Positions 52,613 to 64,000 of a DNA stretch of 64,000 nt are shown here, piece by piece. The position numbers and the translations under genes were made by a program. Numbering within the stretch: position 1 is the first letter of the stretch; the number at the start of each line of letters is the position of its first letter. The DNA lies in NCBI RefSeq assembly GCF_018350175.1, contig NC_058368.1:42534001-42598000 (forward strand), in the 5' to 3' direction. This DNA is from Felis catus (lineage: Eukaryota). The notes beneath the pieces were generated by a model. It had not been told where the DNA came from. It made no database searches and was given only the letters and a program-made list of their open reading frames with translations.

Positions 52613-54112
52613 CCTTAAATAGAATTAGTTAAGTTGTAATGATTTACCACAAAGAGAAGAGATTAGGAAGAAGAGAGGAAAGGGAAAGTGAAAGATCTGA
52701 TCAAAGATCAAATGGAGAATAACTTTAATTGATGCATAGCAATAGTTAGATATAGTAATGTTTGTTTCTTACCATATGGGTTCAGTATAACCCCAAAATG
52801 AATAAAAACATCAAATTCGGACACGGTAAATTCTTGGGCTGATAAGCCTGCACATAAAATGGTATTGCAAAGCAAAAACTGAAATACTAAGGCCATTTTT
52901 TATGGCCTATGCTATAATTAAAAGAGAGGAACCACTGATAATTTGACCAGCAATTTATAAGTATTTTCGTTTGTTCATTTGTTTGTTTGTTTGTTTGTTT
53001 GTTTCTTTCAACTTAGGTGAACCCAAATGCTTTTAACGTTTTCCTCTAAACTTTTCAATACAAATGCAGCAAGCATCTGTCTTCCTCTGTACTGTGTTTT
53101 ATATCTAACCTATCTCTCCCACAGGCATCAAAGCTGAACATGATGGTCATGCTGTTCCATGCAGCCCTGAAAGACAAACAAAAGAACAAACACACCCCAA
53201 CGACTTACAACCTGGAGCCAAGGGAGCTCTCCAGGTTGCACGATGCCTCTATGATCCTCCCCGTAAATATAAAAGCCGCTTTCTTCAGTAACTGAAAACA
53301 ATCATAACTGTCTTTCCCTGAGTCTTGTTGAATCTCTGGGGATAGAGGAAAGGCAGCGTATAGAAATGTGCACCAAAGTGTCCACAGATGGATTTGATTT
53401 ACACAGTATGGTCTGCTATAACCTGTGAAGATTAGATAATGGGTTTTCTTAGATATAGTTTCTATTTCCAGCAGAAGACCTTATAACACCTTTAAGTGGT
53501 ATATCTATAAATTCTGTTTATATAATGGACAACTGATCAAAACATATTCTGAAGCTACATTATAGATTTTATATGATGTCATATATAAATAGGTATAATC
53601 ATAAATGTTGTCACATGTCTATGCCTATAAATGGTAATAAAATTTAGAAATCACATCTATTTTTATTTTATTGATACAGGCTAAGAGAAAATGCAGCTGT
53701 ATCCACAATACAGCAATTTCAAAGCCCATGTTCTTCAGATGAGCAAGTCCATTTCAAGAGTAAAATCTAACCATAAATATTTTATAAGAAATTTTCAGTA
53801 TTAAAACAAACCAGTTTATATGTTATAATTTACTAATAAAGTTGAATTTTAAACAGAAATGGAAAGAATCTGCATTATTCTTACCCCACCAATTTCTATG
53901 CATCTATGTGAGATTACTATTTTAGTGATAACAGTTTTGTTGATAATAATTTACTGGCTTTAGTCATTACTTTGTTACATAGCAACCCTATACTAGTATT
54001 ATTATAAAAGAGATTATTTGCTGTCATAAATACTCACCCTCCCATTCCTATCTAAATTTTTATTAAACCTACTAATGTGAAACAAGTGTAGTTTTTAAAG
54101 ATAAAGGTTTGG

Positions 54113-54336
54113 GGGGCGCCTGGGTGGCGCAGTCGGTTAAGCGTCCGACTTCAGCCAGGTCACGATCTCGCGGTCCGTGGGTTCGAGCCCCGCGTCGGGC
54201 TCTGGGCTGATGGCTCAGAGCCTGGAGCCTGTTTCCGATTCTGTGTCTCCCTCTCTCTCTGCCCCTCCCCCGTTCATGCTCTGTCTCTCTCTGTCCCAAA
54301 AATAAATAAAAAACGTTGAAAACATCTCTAAAAAAA

Positions 54337-54374
<38 letters not shown>
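54113..54374 (+). mobile_element. Young Can-SINE (SINEC_Fc) with (TAAA)n tail
   Basis: Intact CpGs, perfect target-site duplication AAAGATAAAGGTTTGG, about 10 TAAA units. Confidence 0.97.
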
Positions 54375-54375
<1 letters not shown>

Positions 54376-54791
54376 AGATAAAGGTTTGGGGATTTTTATT
54401 TTTTACTTATTTGGGGATAATGCTGTTATAATTCACAAGGGAGGTATAATTCCTCACGTGATCATGTCCGGTAATACTAATTCTATTTTCCTAACAAATT
54501 AATTTTCTGCTAATCTCAGTAAGTTATTTATCTATAAAGAAATATATCTTCTCTTTAAATGAAATACTTGGAATTACACTTCAAAAGAAGAAAAAACTAG
54601 TGATTTGCCTTGGAAATCTTTGACTCTTCAGGTAAACAAGGGTCTGGGAGACAGGCTTCACCTTTTCATTTTTATAATGTCTTTCATGGCCTAAAGAAAG
54701 CGGAAAATGATAGGTTTTATCTCCAAACATTAGATTTTCGGATTTGCATTTTGACCACTCATTTATTTTGTATCTTTTGTATGTCAATCAC

Positions 54792-54980
54792 TGTAGTGCT
54801 GACCACAATACTTTGTGGGATGATGGAAATATGTCTGCACTGTCCAATATAGTAGCCACTAGCCACATCTGACTATTGAGAGCAGATATGTGACTACCGT
54901 GACTAAGGAAATACTTTTCTTATGTTGTCATTTTTAACTAAATTGTCACCTATAGCTAGGGTCTACTTTACTGGCTAGCA
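54792..54980. mobile_element. MER3-like hAT-Charlie MITE
   Basis: GATGATGGAAATATGTCTGCACTGTCCAATATAGTAGCCACTAGCCACAT. Confidence 0.8.
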
Positions 54981-56114
54981 AAGCAAATCTAAGCAATAGG
55001 GATACAGCTTTGCTATGAAAAAGGCTCATAAAGCTTATTTCTCATTAGTCACAAAAATACATACAGATAAAAAATAAATGTGCAATATTACCAAAGATAA
55101 TAATAACAGCACTGGAGGAGTATTGAACAGAGATGTGAATCAAGTGAGAGAGAAAGCCACATGAGAATCTTGGGGGGAAAATGTTCCAGGTGGAGATAAG
55201 CAACTTATCTTAGAGGTTACTAAGCTAATACTTCAAGGAAAAAGTAACTTAGCTTCAAAAGAAAATCATGATATTTTAACTTATCTCTATAAATGCAATT
55301 AGTAGATATAAACTAATCCACTGAGACAAATACTCCTAAAATAAAATGATCACAGCTAATACAACTTTAAATACTGCCACAAAGGCACGTCAAATATTTA
55401 TGCCATTTTTGATATTTACCTTTATCAATTAAAAGCTTATTTGTCAGTATTGCTTTGTAAGGCCTACACTCTTCAAAATGTTTTGGAGAGGTCCTCACTG
55501 AATCTTAATTTCCAAAGAATCTTGGAAATTCTACTCAAAATTTCTGATTGTACAGTAGATAAAGACCTTGAGGTATACAGATATTACATAATTCCTCTCA
55601 CCAGGCCCTTTGACATCCAGTCCTCTGCTTTACTGCATGATGGTGCTAAGCCTGGTATTTTTAATACAGCAAACATTAGATAAGCAGAAAGTAAGACAGA
55701 AAGTAAGACACTACTTGTGAACAAAATATCAATGTTTGTTAAGTTAATGAGCTAATGATGAATGGTAGTAGAACTAATTTTTACTTTTCCCAAATTTGAA
55801 ACTCCCAGATTTCTTCATGTTAAGGTCAGTAAGACTTTAATACCTTAAATTAGGAAGAAATGTTTTATTTTGTTGTGTCCATAATTAATTTAGTATCTAG
55901 AGAAAATTGAGTAATTAATGTATCCTTTGGAGAAAGATGAACTAGCAAATTGAATAATGTAGTTTCCATGATGGAACTTTGGATTTCTACTTTGAAAATG
56001 CTGAATCCAGCACACTGGGTGGTCAGAATCAAGTAAAAAGCTGTCCATGCAAAATTAGCAATTATAGATAGGAGAAGTGCTCAAATGCATTAAATAATAT
56101 AGATTTGTCAACAA

Positions 56115-56326
56115 TTTAAAATTTTTTTAATGTTTTATTCTTGAGAGAGAGAGAGAGACAGAGCATCAGTGGGGTAGGGGCAGAGAGGGAGACACAGAAC
56201 CCGAAGCAGGCTCCAGGCTCCGAGCTGTTAGCACAGAGCCCAATGTGGAGCTTGAACCCACAGACCAAGAGAACATGACCTGAGCCGAAGTCGGATGCTT
56301 AACTGACTGAGCCACCCAGGCACCCC
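56115..56326 (-). mobile_element. Can-SINE
   Basis: Ends ACTGAGCCACCCAGGCACCCC; TCAACAA on both flanks. Confidence 0.95.
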
Positions 56327-56904
56327 TCAACAAAAATTTTTAAATATCATTAGTCTTACTATTTATAATTTGAAAATTTCTGTAATTTTGAATGATATAT
56401 TTTAAACATAGCAGTAAACTTAATTTTTCTCTTAGAATACACATTGCTTTTTTAGTGTTCCATGTCCCTTAAGTTCTTGATTCTTCTTGGTAATATTTAA
56501 AAATGTTAAATGAAAAAAGTAAAATAAATAAAAATAAAAATGTCAAATGAAAGCTAATTTTTCATTTGACCTTCTTATAGATAAGTAGAAAATGGGGGTA
56601 ACAATGTCACACTGGTAATTTCTATTTTCTATCCTACTGAAAAATACTGCGAAATGATTGTACAAGAAGTTCTCAAGGCCTTGACCTCTATTCTACTCAC
56701 GTATGATCTCTTAAGACTGAGTCTCTCAAAGCAATGAAATATATTTTTGATGTTTTAACAACCACTAATACTTGGTGGATGTTATGAAAATACTCCTTTT
56801 TTTGGAAAATAATTCACTCTGAGGTTTTAATCTTTATTGCTAAGTCCTAATTCCAGAAGCAAAACAAATATATACCTAAATATACCTAGTACATACATTA
56901 TATA

Positions 56905-57070
56905 ACCACCATTATTTCTCTGACTAGAATGTAAATTCCTCAGAAAATATATGTGCCTTGAAAAATGGAAATTCCTTGACAACAGGGAGAATGTCTTGCT
57001 TATTTTATTGTCTCAGATTCTAGCACATAGCAGGTTCTAAATAAATACTTGATAAGTATTTGAATGACTT
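56905..57070 (+). mobile_element. L2 3' end
   Basis: ACTAGAATGTAAATTCC...CTAGCACATAGCAGGTTCTAAATAAATACTTG...TGAATGA. Confidence 0.6.
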
Positions 57071-58831
57071 TGAAGAGTTCATCTCCACAACCTACCACTT
57101 TGTTCATGTCCTCTCCTGCTCACAATCTTGGATTGTTCTGCTGGCCAGAACTGTTTCCAATATTGTAAAAGAAAACAACATATAATTTACATGTTAGGAA
57201 CATTTCCCCACCCTTCAGGTTGAAAACACTGGAAACAATGGAAACACCTGGCGAATTATTGTTGCTCCCTGTAATTTAACCCCAGATGCTACTTCAGGCA
57301 CACCTCTAACCACTTGTCTACACAAGGCTCTGCCTGGTCAAACCAGCAGCACCCCCACCTAGACTGTTAATATACTTCTGCACGCTATTATTTCTCCTCT
57401 ACTGGCCCTGCCTCAGGCATCTCCCAGAGCATTCTCCTTTTTATTTTTTCCTCTACTAATTGTCCTTCAAGAAACTTTATGAAAGAAAGAAAATTGAATC
57501 AAATCAGAAACAAAGCCTTCTTACTAGAATTGAACTATCTGTTTCCATGTGACCCAAAGTCACTTCTTGGATTTCTAACTTGTAAAAATTGGGGCAAACC
57601 AAATTATAATTAGAAGTACTGTTGGAAGACTTAAAAGAAATTAATATAGTTCTTATTATCTATTAAGAATATAATATATATTTTTCTTCCACTATGCAGT
57701 CCATCATTCAATCTTAATTTTACCAATGGTAAGACGTGGGGAAAAAATATCTGACTTTCCAAACCCATTTGTTGTGTGTAATGGAGAGAATAAATATTAA
57801 AGTGATATGAAAAGACTAAAAACCAAACAAATATGTGATTGCCAGCCTAAGCTTTGAGACACTTTCTTAAGTTTCAATCTCTTCTGTAAAGTTTTCCTGA
57901 CCATCCCACTCATAATTACAGAACCTGTTGGTTGCAGAACCTTTTGGCTTGCATATATATTGTCTAATCTTATTATATAAAATCCATAGATTTATAAGTG
58001 CTTTTATAAAACGCTTTTAGGATCCTTGGGTTCCACACATACCCAGTGTGACTTAATGACAATAAATTAAAAGCTAGAGGGGTGGAGTTAGAAATGTATC
58101 AGAGGGGTCCTGGACTTTCTCACAAAATGGAAGGACAGCTGAATAAGCATTGGTGGCTAAACTCAGAAAAGTAGAATTAATTGTGAGTAAAGCAGATTCC
58201 CTGGGAGATGTCATTTAAAATAATATAGATATCCTATGTGAGGGATAGTCCTTTCCTTACTTTTGTGTACAAAGCTGCAACATTTGCAACCATTCAATTT
58301 AAACACTTTGGTCATTGAACTAGTTACTGCCAGAAGCATATATGACTTCCATGTGTTATAAGAAGTGTGTATGCAAAATTCTAGTATCTTTCATCAAGTA
58401 GCTAGAAGGGAAAACTGTTTAGTAGGAACCATCTTTTCTACCCAATTCTTTTTTTTTCTCCCCAATTCTGTTGTGGGTTTCTTCCTCCTATTGCTCCTTT
58501 CTCAGTCCATTTACACTCAATTTAATTTTGTAAAAACTAGGGGAGATAAACTGAAAATTTGCACGTGAAACCTAATTATAGCACAATAAATTACTACCGT
58601 GCCCACATACACCCAATGAAATTCTCATTTAGTTATAATCAAACATACATCCAGTGTCATGCCAAATTCAAGCTATGTCTAGGATAAATTCTTCAGCCTG
58701 GTGAAATAAAGATATGTGATAAATTAATCCCACACCAGAATGGTTACTGTCATCAGATCTTCCTTTTCCTTGAAGCTTTAGTTCTTGGTCAGTTATATAT
58801 AAGGAATCATGCTGTGTGCCACAGGATGTTG

Positions 58832-58832
<1 letters not shown>

Positions 58833-58863
<31 letters not shown>
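58833..58863. repeat. (AC)n microsatellite
   Basis: Directly visible. Confidence 0.97.
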
Positions 58864-58865
<2 letters not shown>

Positions 58866-60714
58866 GAAAAAAGAAAGCCTCTGTCACACTTCCCTGATAA
58901 CTTTATCCCTTCCATTCACACAATTCCTTTTGTGTAGTCATTTATCTATTTTTTCTCTATTTAAGTTTCATTACATCTGATATAAGTAAATGCATAAAAG
59001 CACAGTATCTCAAATCTGATCCGATGTTGAATGGACTTAAGAAGAGAATCTGAATCCCAACTATATTACTTATCTGTTAAAGTCCAAAACATGAGTGTTT
59101 TCAAAAGAAATCAGTCGTAAAAATAAGGAACCTCTCATGCAAATCTGTATTACTGTAGGTCACCTCGGATATATATTCTTAGTTCACTTCCTTATAAGTG
59201 AGAAAAGAAAAACTCTAATTACAAGTAATGATGAAAAAAAAAAAGCCTACAGTTATGTTTATAGGAGTTTCAAAAAAAAGGCTCTTTTAATTTTTTAAAT
59301 TTGAAAGTCTCTTATAATCCCCATGGCAACATCCTTTTACTAGTTCTGTCCATATTTCTATAGAAGTGAAGTTAGTTTTAAATATTTCTGTTACATCAGA
59401 TCTGATTCTACAAACAGGGCTATCATTAACAGTGTCAGTGATATTTAAGCTACACATACACATACAGGAATAAAAAACAATGTGACTTCCAAATTTTATA
59501 CATTTAGATTATTTTGATTTTTTTCTTTCATACAAGCCAAGATGAATCTTTTTTAAAAAACTGACTGGACAGAATACTGTTAAAACAAAAAAAAAGTTGT
59601 TAAACTGAGAGGAAAACTTTGTTTTGTTTAGCAATATTATTTATCACTTTATGATGTTCACCATGTCCCATGTACTATTATAAGCCCTTTCAAATCATAT
59701 TAATTTTTTGATTATTGCACTCATATAAGCATGATACAAATGTTGATACATTTAATATTTCTCTGTTTCACAAACATTGAGACACTTGCAAACTCACTGG
59801 CTCCAAATGAAAAGAGGGGACAAAGACAAAAAATTCAATATTGACCACGGAAGATGGAAATAAGCTTTGTAACTTCACTTTCCTCTCCATTATTTTTATG
59901 TACTTCATTCTTCATAGGGATGATGCATCTTCAGTGAACTATTGGCCTGTTACGGACTGTGTCTGGTCATCTCCTCATATTACCACCTGCTTACTATTTG
60001 CCCAGAGAATAAAATCATTGAAATATTGGCTCAAAAGTTACAATTGAGGAATTAAATTTACTACCAAAACCCAGGAATGATACCTTAAGATAAAAACAGA
60101 TATAATTGGATAGTCTGCTGTTTTGTAATGCATATTATCATTGTTTCTCCAATATATTAATATTCCTATTTATTATTTTATTAGATTGATTATCCTTTAA
60201 ACTTGAAGTTTTTTGTTCTAATTACCTCTGTAAATAATTGCAAGGAAATTGTTGGTAGTTTGTTTCTGCTCATGTAACTTCCTGAGGGAGAACTGATAGT
60301 TTTTTATGGTTCTGTAACTTTTCTGACAAAAGCGCACTGTTGGAACCACTCTGCCCGTTAGAATACACGTAGAAATAGAGTAAAAAAACTAACATGTCTC
60401 CAAAACATAATGAAGAGACACGATTGATATAAAGGAGGGAATATCTACCAAGAGCCAGTAGTAATTACAAGGGTGTGATATAGGTCAAGGAAGAGTTGCC
60501 AGTTTAAATGAAGGTGAATTCTGTGTGTGAATCTCCTAACAGGAGGTCATCAGAGCCACATCCAAATCGCTGCCAAAAAAATGCTTATAAAGATGCAGTA
60601 AGTACAGCCCCACCCAGTAAATTAATAACAAGGATTGAGGCCAATTCGATAAGCTGTGGGGGTGGGGGATGATTCATGGTCATGGGAATGTAGGAAGATG
60701 TTATTATATTTTCA

Positions 60715-60915
60715 CAGTACTAAATCTATAAAGATAGGTAGTAAATTAGTGATTGCCTAGGGCCAAGGTTTGGGGCTGAAGGTTGGGGGGAAGAGATCAA
60801 CAGTAAATAGACACAGGATCTCATTGAACTGATAAAGATGTTCTAAAAGTGAGTTATAGTGTGCACAACTTGCTAAATTCACTAAAAGTTGTGCAATTGT
60901 TCACTATAAATGGTG
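60715..60915 (+). mobile_element. Old L1M (L1ME/MC-like) 3' fragment
   Basis: AAATCTATAAAGATAGGTAGTAAATTAGTGATTGCCTAGGG...TGTTCTAAAA...GCACAACTTGCTAAATTCACTAAAA. Confidence 0.7.
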
Positions 60916-60924
60916 TCACACATT

Positions 60925-61060
60925 ACTTAGTGTCTTTGATGCTTAAGTTTCCTCATCAGTGAAATGAGGATAAGAGTAACATTTACTTCATAGGGCTGTT
61001 TTGTGGGTTAAAAAAATCCATGAATAAAAGAATGTGTGGAATGCATTTAATGCATAATAA
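60925..61060 (+). mobile_element. MIR fragment
   Basis: AGTTTCCTCATCAGTGAAATGAGGATAAGAGTAACATTTACTTCATAGGGCTGTTTTGTGGGTTAAA. Confidence 0.75.
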
Positions 61061-61664
61061 TTACTACATATAGCAGTTCTGGTAAGAACATCAGTTCACC
61101 CAAGCTGAAGAGGAATCTTAACTGGAGGGGAATAAAGACAGAAATGCATCCTCAAGAAACGGACTGGTAAAGAATCATACTCAGGACGTGGAAGTAAGTT
61201 TGTGTTGGTTAGAATTCTCATTCAGGACATCTTACCCCTGAAAGATGAGAGAAACTACATTTATCTTTCAATTCTGGCAGAAGACTCACACACTTGAAAA
61301 GAAGGAAGAAAGGGAGGGAGGGAGGGAGGAAGGACAAGGGACAGAGAAATAGACACACAGACAGAAAGACAGACAACTATTTCACCTACTTTGAAATGTC
61401 TCTGATCAGGAATTAGAGAAAACTATAGATAGTGAAAATGTACAGTGAAAAGTCTCTCTGCATATATATATGACAAATACTATTAAAATATTATAATAAA
61501 CACCTTAAAGTTTTGAACATATTTTCAAAGATGAATTCTTGGCAAATACATTTTTGACGTATGCTTATACAATGTTTCATATCATTATCATTAACATACT
61601 TTTGTCTCTTTTTCAAATCAATCCTGACTCCTGGAATGAGTGTTGGAAGATTTAAAAAAAAAAA

Positions 61665-61815
61665 AATCCTAGCTGAGTCACACAGGAGCTGTGTGGCCTT
61701 GAAAAAGGCTCAGACACTGAGCTTTAATTTTCTCAGAAACGAGGATAGAAACCAAATTCGTACACTTTTTGTGGGGTCCAAACACACTATTTGATGTGAA
61801 ATTACTTTATAAGTT
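61665..61815 (+). mobile_element. MIR fragment
   Basis: AATCCTAGCT...AGCTGTGTGGCCTTG...CACTGAGCTTTAATTTTCTCA. Confidence 0.55.
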
Positions 61816-62419
61816 TATGTGGCTACGGGCAATAAAGAAAAACATTGTTGTTATTATTTTCTTTGTAAGAAGAAAGAAAATGTCAGGCAAAATCTAGGTT
61901 GGAAATGTGAGGGTGAACAGGAAATTACACCTGTGTTATGTCACTCCATGGGGACTGTCTGTGCACCTTATAGCAGCAAAAGGATAATGGACAAAATATA
62001 AAAAAGAAATCAAATTTAACAAATAGTGAGGACTGCATACATCAAAGAGAGTTTAAATTTAAAGCTGCCTATTTCATTCGGCTGGCTGTCTAGCTGCTTA
62101 TTTGCACGTCTGCTCACAGCATCAATTATATATGTGATGAAGAACATTTTATTAATGTGATCAAAGTATTCATTCCTATGGCAAAATGTATGTTTTTAAT
62201 GTGCTATCTTATTTTTCCTATTGTATGTACAAGATAAGGAAGGACAAATATTTCTAGGTTCTCTCCATTATCATAAGAGAAATTATCCCCCCAAAAGTTC
62301 ATTTTCTAAAAAACTGTGCTAAGAATATTAAATTTCTTTTATTTGAAATACTTTAACTATTTTCAAAGAATTTTTAGTAGGATTTGCATAGAGAGACCAA
62401 TAATTTATATGTATTTGGT

Positions 62420-62607
62420 TTATTACCCAGGGCCATAGGTCCCTGGCAGATTTCATAGATGGGCTTCACAGGATCTGTGGAAACTTTGAATGATTTGCAA
62501 TTAAAAAAAAATATATGTGGGTATATGATTTTTTCTGGAGAGTGAGCCTACAGCTTTTAAGTGATAATCAAAGGAGTCAGAACACAAAACATTTAAGCAC
62601 TACTGGT
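62420..62607. mobile_element. hAT-Charlie MITE (MER103-like)
   Basis: ATAGATGGGCTTCACAGGATCTGTG...TTTTCTGGAGAG...CAAAGGAGTC...TTAAGCACTACTG. Confidence 0.55.
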
Positions 62608-64000
62608 TATAAAATGAAATACTTAAAGTAACAAATATATTTGTTATATTAATAACCATTTATATGCTCGAGGCTATTGTACATTTCCGAAATGACTAAA
62701 ATAAGTAATTGCTAAAAGGCACAAAATAACATGCATGCATTTAATCCATATATTTAGGAATAGTCCCTTAACTGTGCCAATTAATAGTTACTATTCATAA
62801 ATGGATTAATTTCAGCATTCTTACTCTTATATGTAAGACATGAAGTAACGATGCAAAGAAAATAACACATGCTTATCAAAACCAAGGTTTACCAGGATTT
62901 GCTTTCAATGCTTTAAAAGTAGAATACCATTTTATTAAATATAGACTTATACTCAAACTGGCAAATAGGTGGATGATGACTTTTCTGGACTGTAAAAAAA
63001 ATATGTATTTTAAATATCAAGTATGCTCTGTGTATAACAAAACAAAAAGTAGTTATTTTCCCCATTGTATAGGAAACATACCTTTTTCTATCTTCCAAGT
63101 ATAGTGAGGAAAAAGTAATGAAAATAAAGTCACCTTAGCATACATCTTGCTATCTAACAAGATTAACTGAAATTTTATTTGAAAAAATATATGTAAATTA
63201 TAATTGCTAATATGCATTAATAAAAACAACAACTCTGTCATCAGGTGTCTTCCGTAATTCATTTTGCCATAAAGTATTTGAGTTCCTACTATAAACCAGG
63301 AATTCTGCCAGAATTCTTTTGAATTTGCAGCATATTATTAAATCCCATTTGGCATACAAAACTCTGCTTTACCCCCTTCACCCACCCACCCCCCCAAAAA
63401 AAAAACCTAGTCACCTTAGAAATGAAGGCTGTAAGTACAGCATGCAAAACACATCAAATTATGCGTAAAGAAGACGCTTGGCAAAAATACACGCCATAAT
63501 AAAGGCGATCAGTAGATATTTAGTCGATAAACTATAGAATCACCCTTTTTCTTCTGACATATATTTTAAAGTAACCAAAAAAAGAAAGTTAAAAGAACAA
63601 TTCATTTACACTGGAGAATTCTGAATTTTTTAATATATTCATACGAGTAAATGGTTACTTGTACACTTTCAAAGATTCAGTAGGTGCTTTACTAAAGCTT
63701 TACTAGAGGAAATATATTTAAATATCAAAAGCAACTATATAAAAATAATGACCTCAGCCTATGATGCTTAGGCTAATAAAAATATTAATAATAATTTCAA
63801 AGGTTCTATTCAAAAATTTAAAACTGAAAGCTGATATGTTATTTCAAAGAATATCAAAAGCAATTGCTGGCATTAAAATATGTATTAAAATTTGATTGTA
63901 TAGTAGATAGGTAGCTCATTACATTTAATAAATAACAATAATTAGGTTTTACAATATAAAAGAATTAATGTCCCAATCATTCTCAATCTACCTAAAAATA

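Noticed and set aside
60543..60597. 55-nt plus-strand exon-like interval (CCTAACAG ... GCA|GTAAGT)
   Set aside because: Weak pyrimidine tract, not frame-preserving, no recognisable peptide; such pseudo-exons are common
61311..63395. G-quadruplex-compatible runs at 61311-61326 and 63372-63395
   Set aside because: Ordinary simple-sequence tracts with no supporting context

Overview
AT-rich mammalian non-coding DNA (large intron or intergenic), almost certainly from a felid, judged by about 17 tRNA-derived Can-SINEs of SINEC_Fc type, two of them very young. I recognise no intact protein-coding gene, RNA gene, CRISPR array or prokaryotic system. The listed ORFs are chance ORFs, SINE or L1 read-throughs, or remnants of the transposase of a full-length, decayed Tigger1 (about 7.83-10.42 kb). 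The rest is old L2, MIR, L1 and DNA-transposon fragments plus microsatellites. Features that repeat annotation does not explain are: a perfect 81-bp palindrome (44793-44873); a 295-bp fold-back inversion-duplication inside an L2 (48346-48640); two poly(A)-only insertions with target-site duplications; a 34-bp dispersed duplication; and a repeat-poor, CpG-retaining block at about 27-29.7 kb that looks like a promoter or enhancer with candidate minus-strand exons. Repeat family names come from recalled consensus sequences, not from a database search. I found no convincing new biological system.
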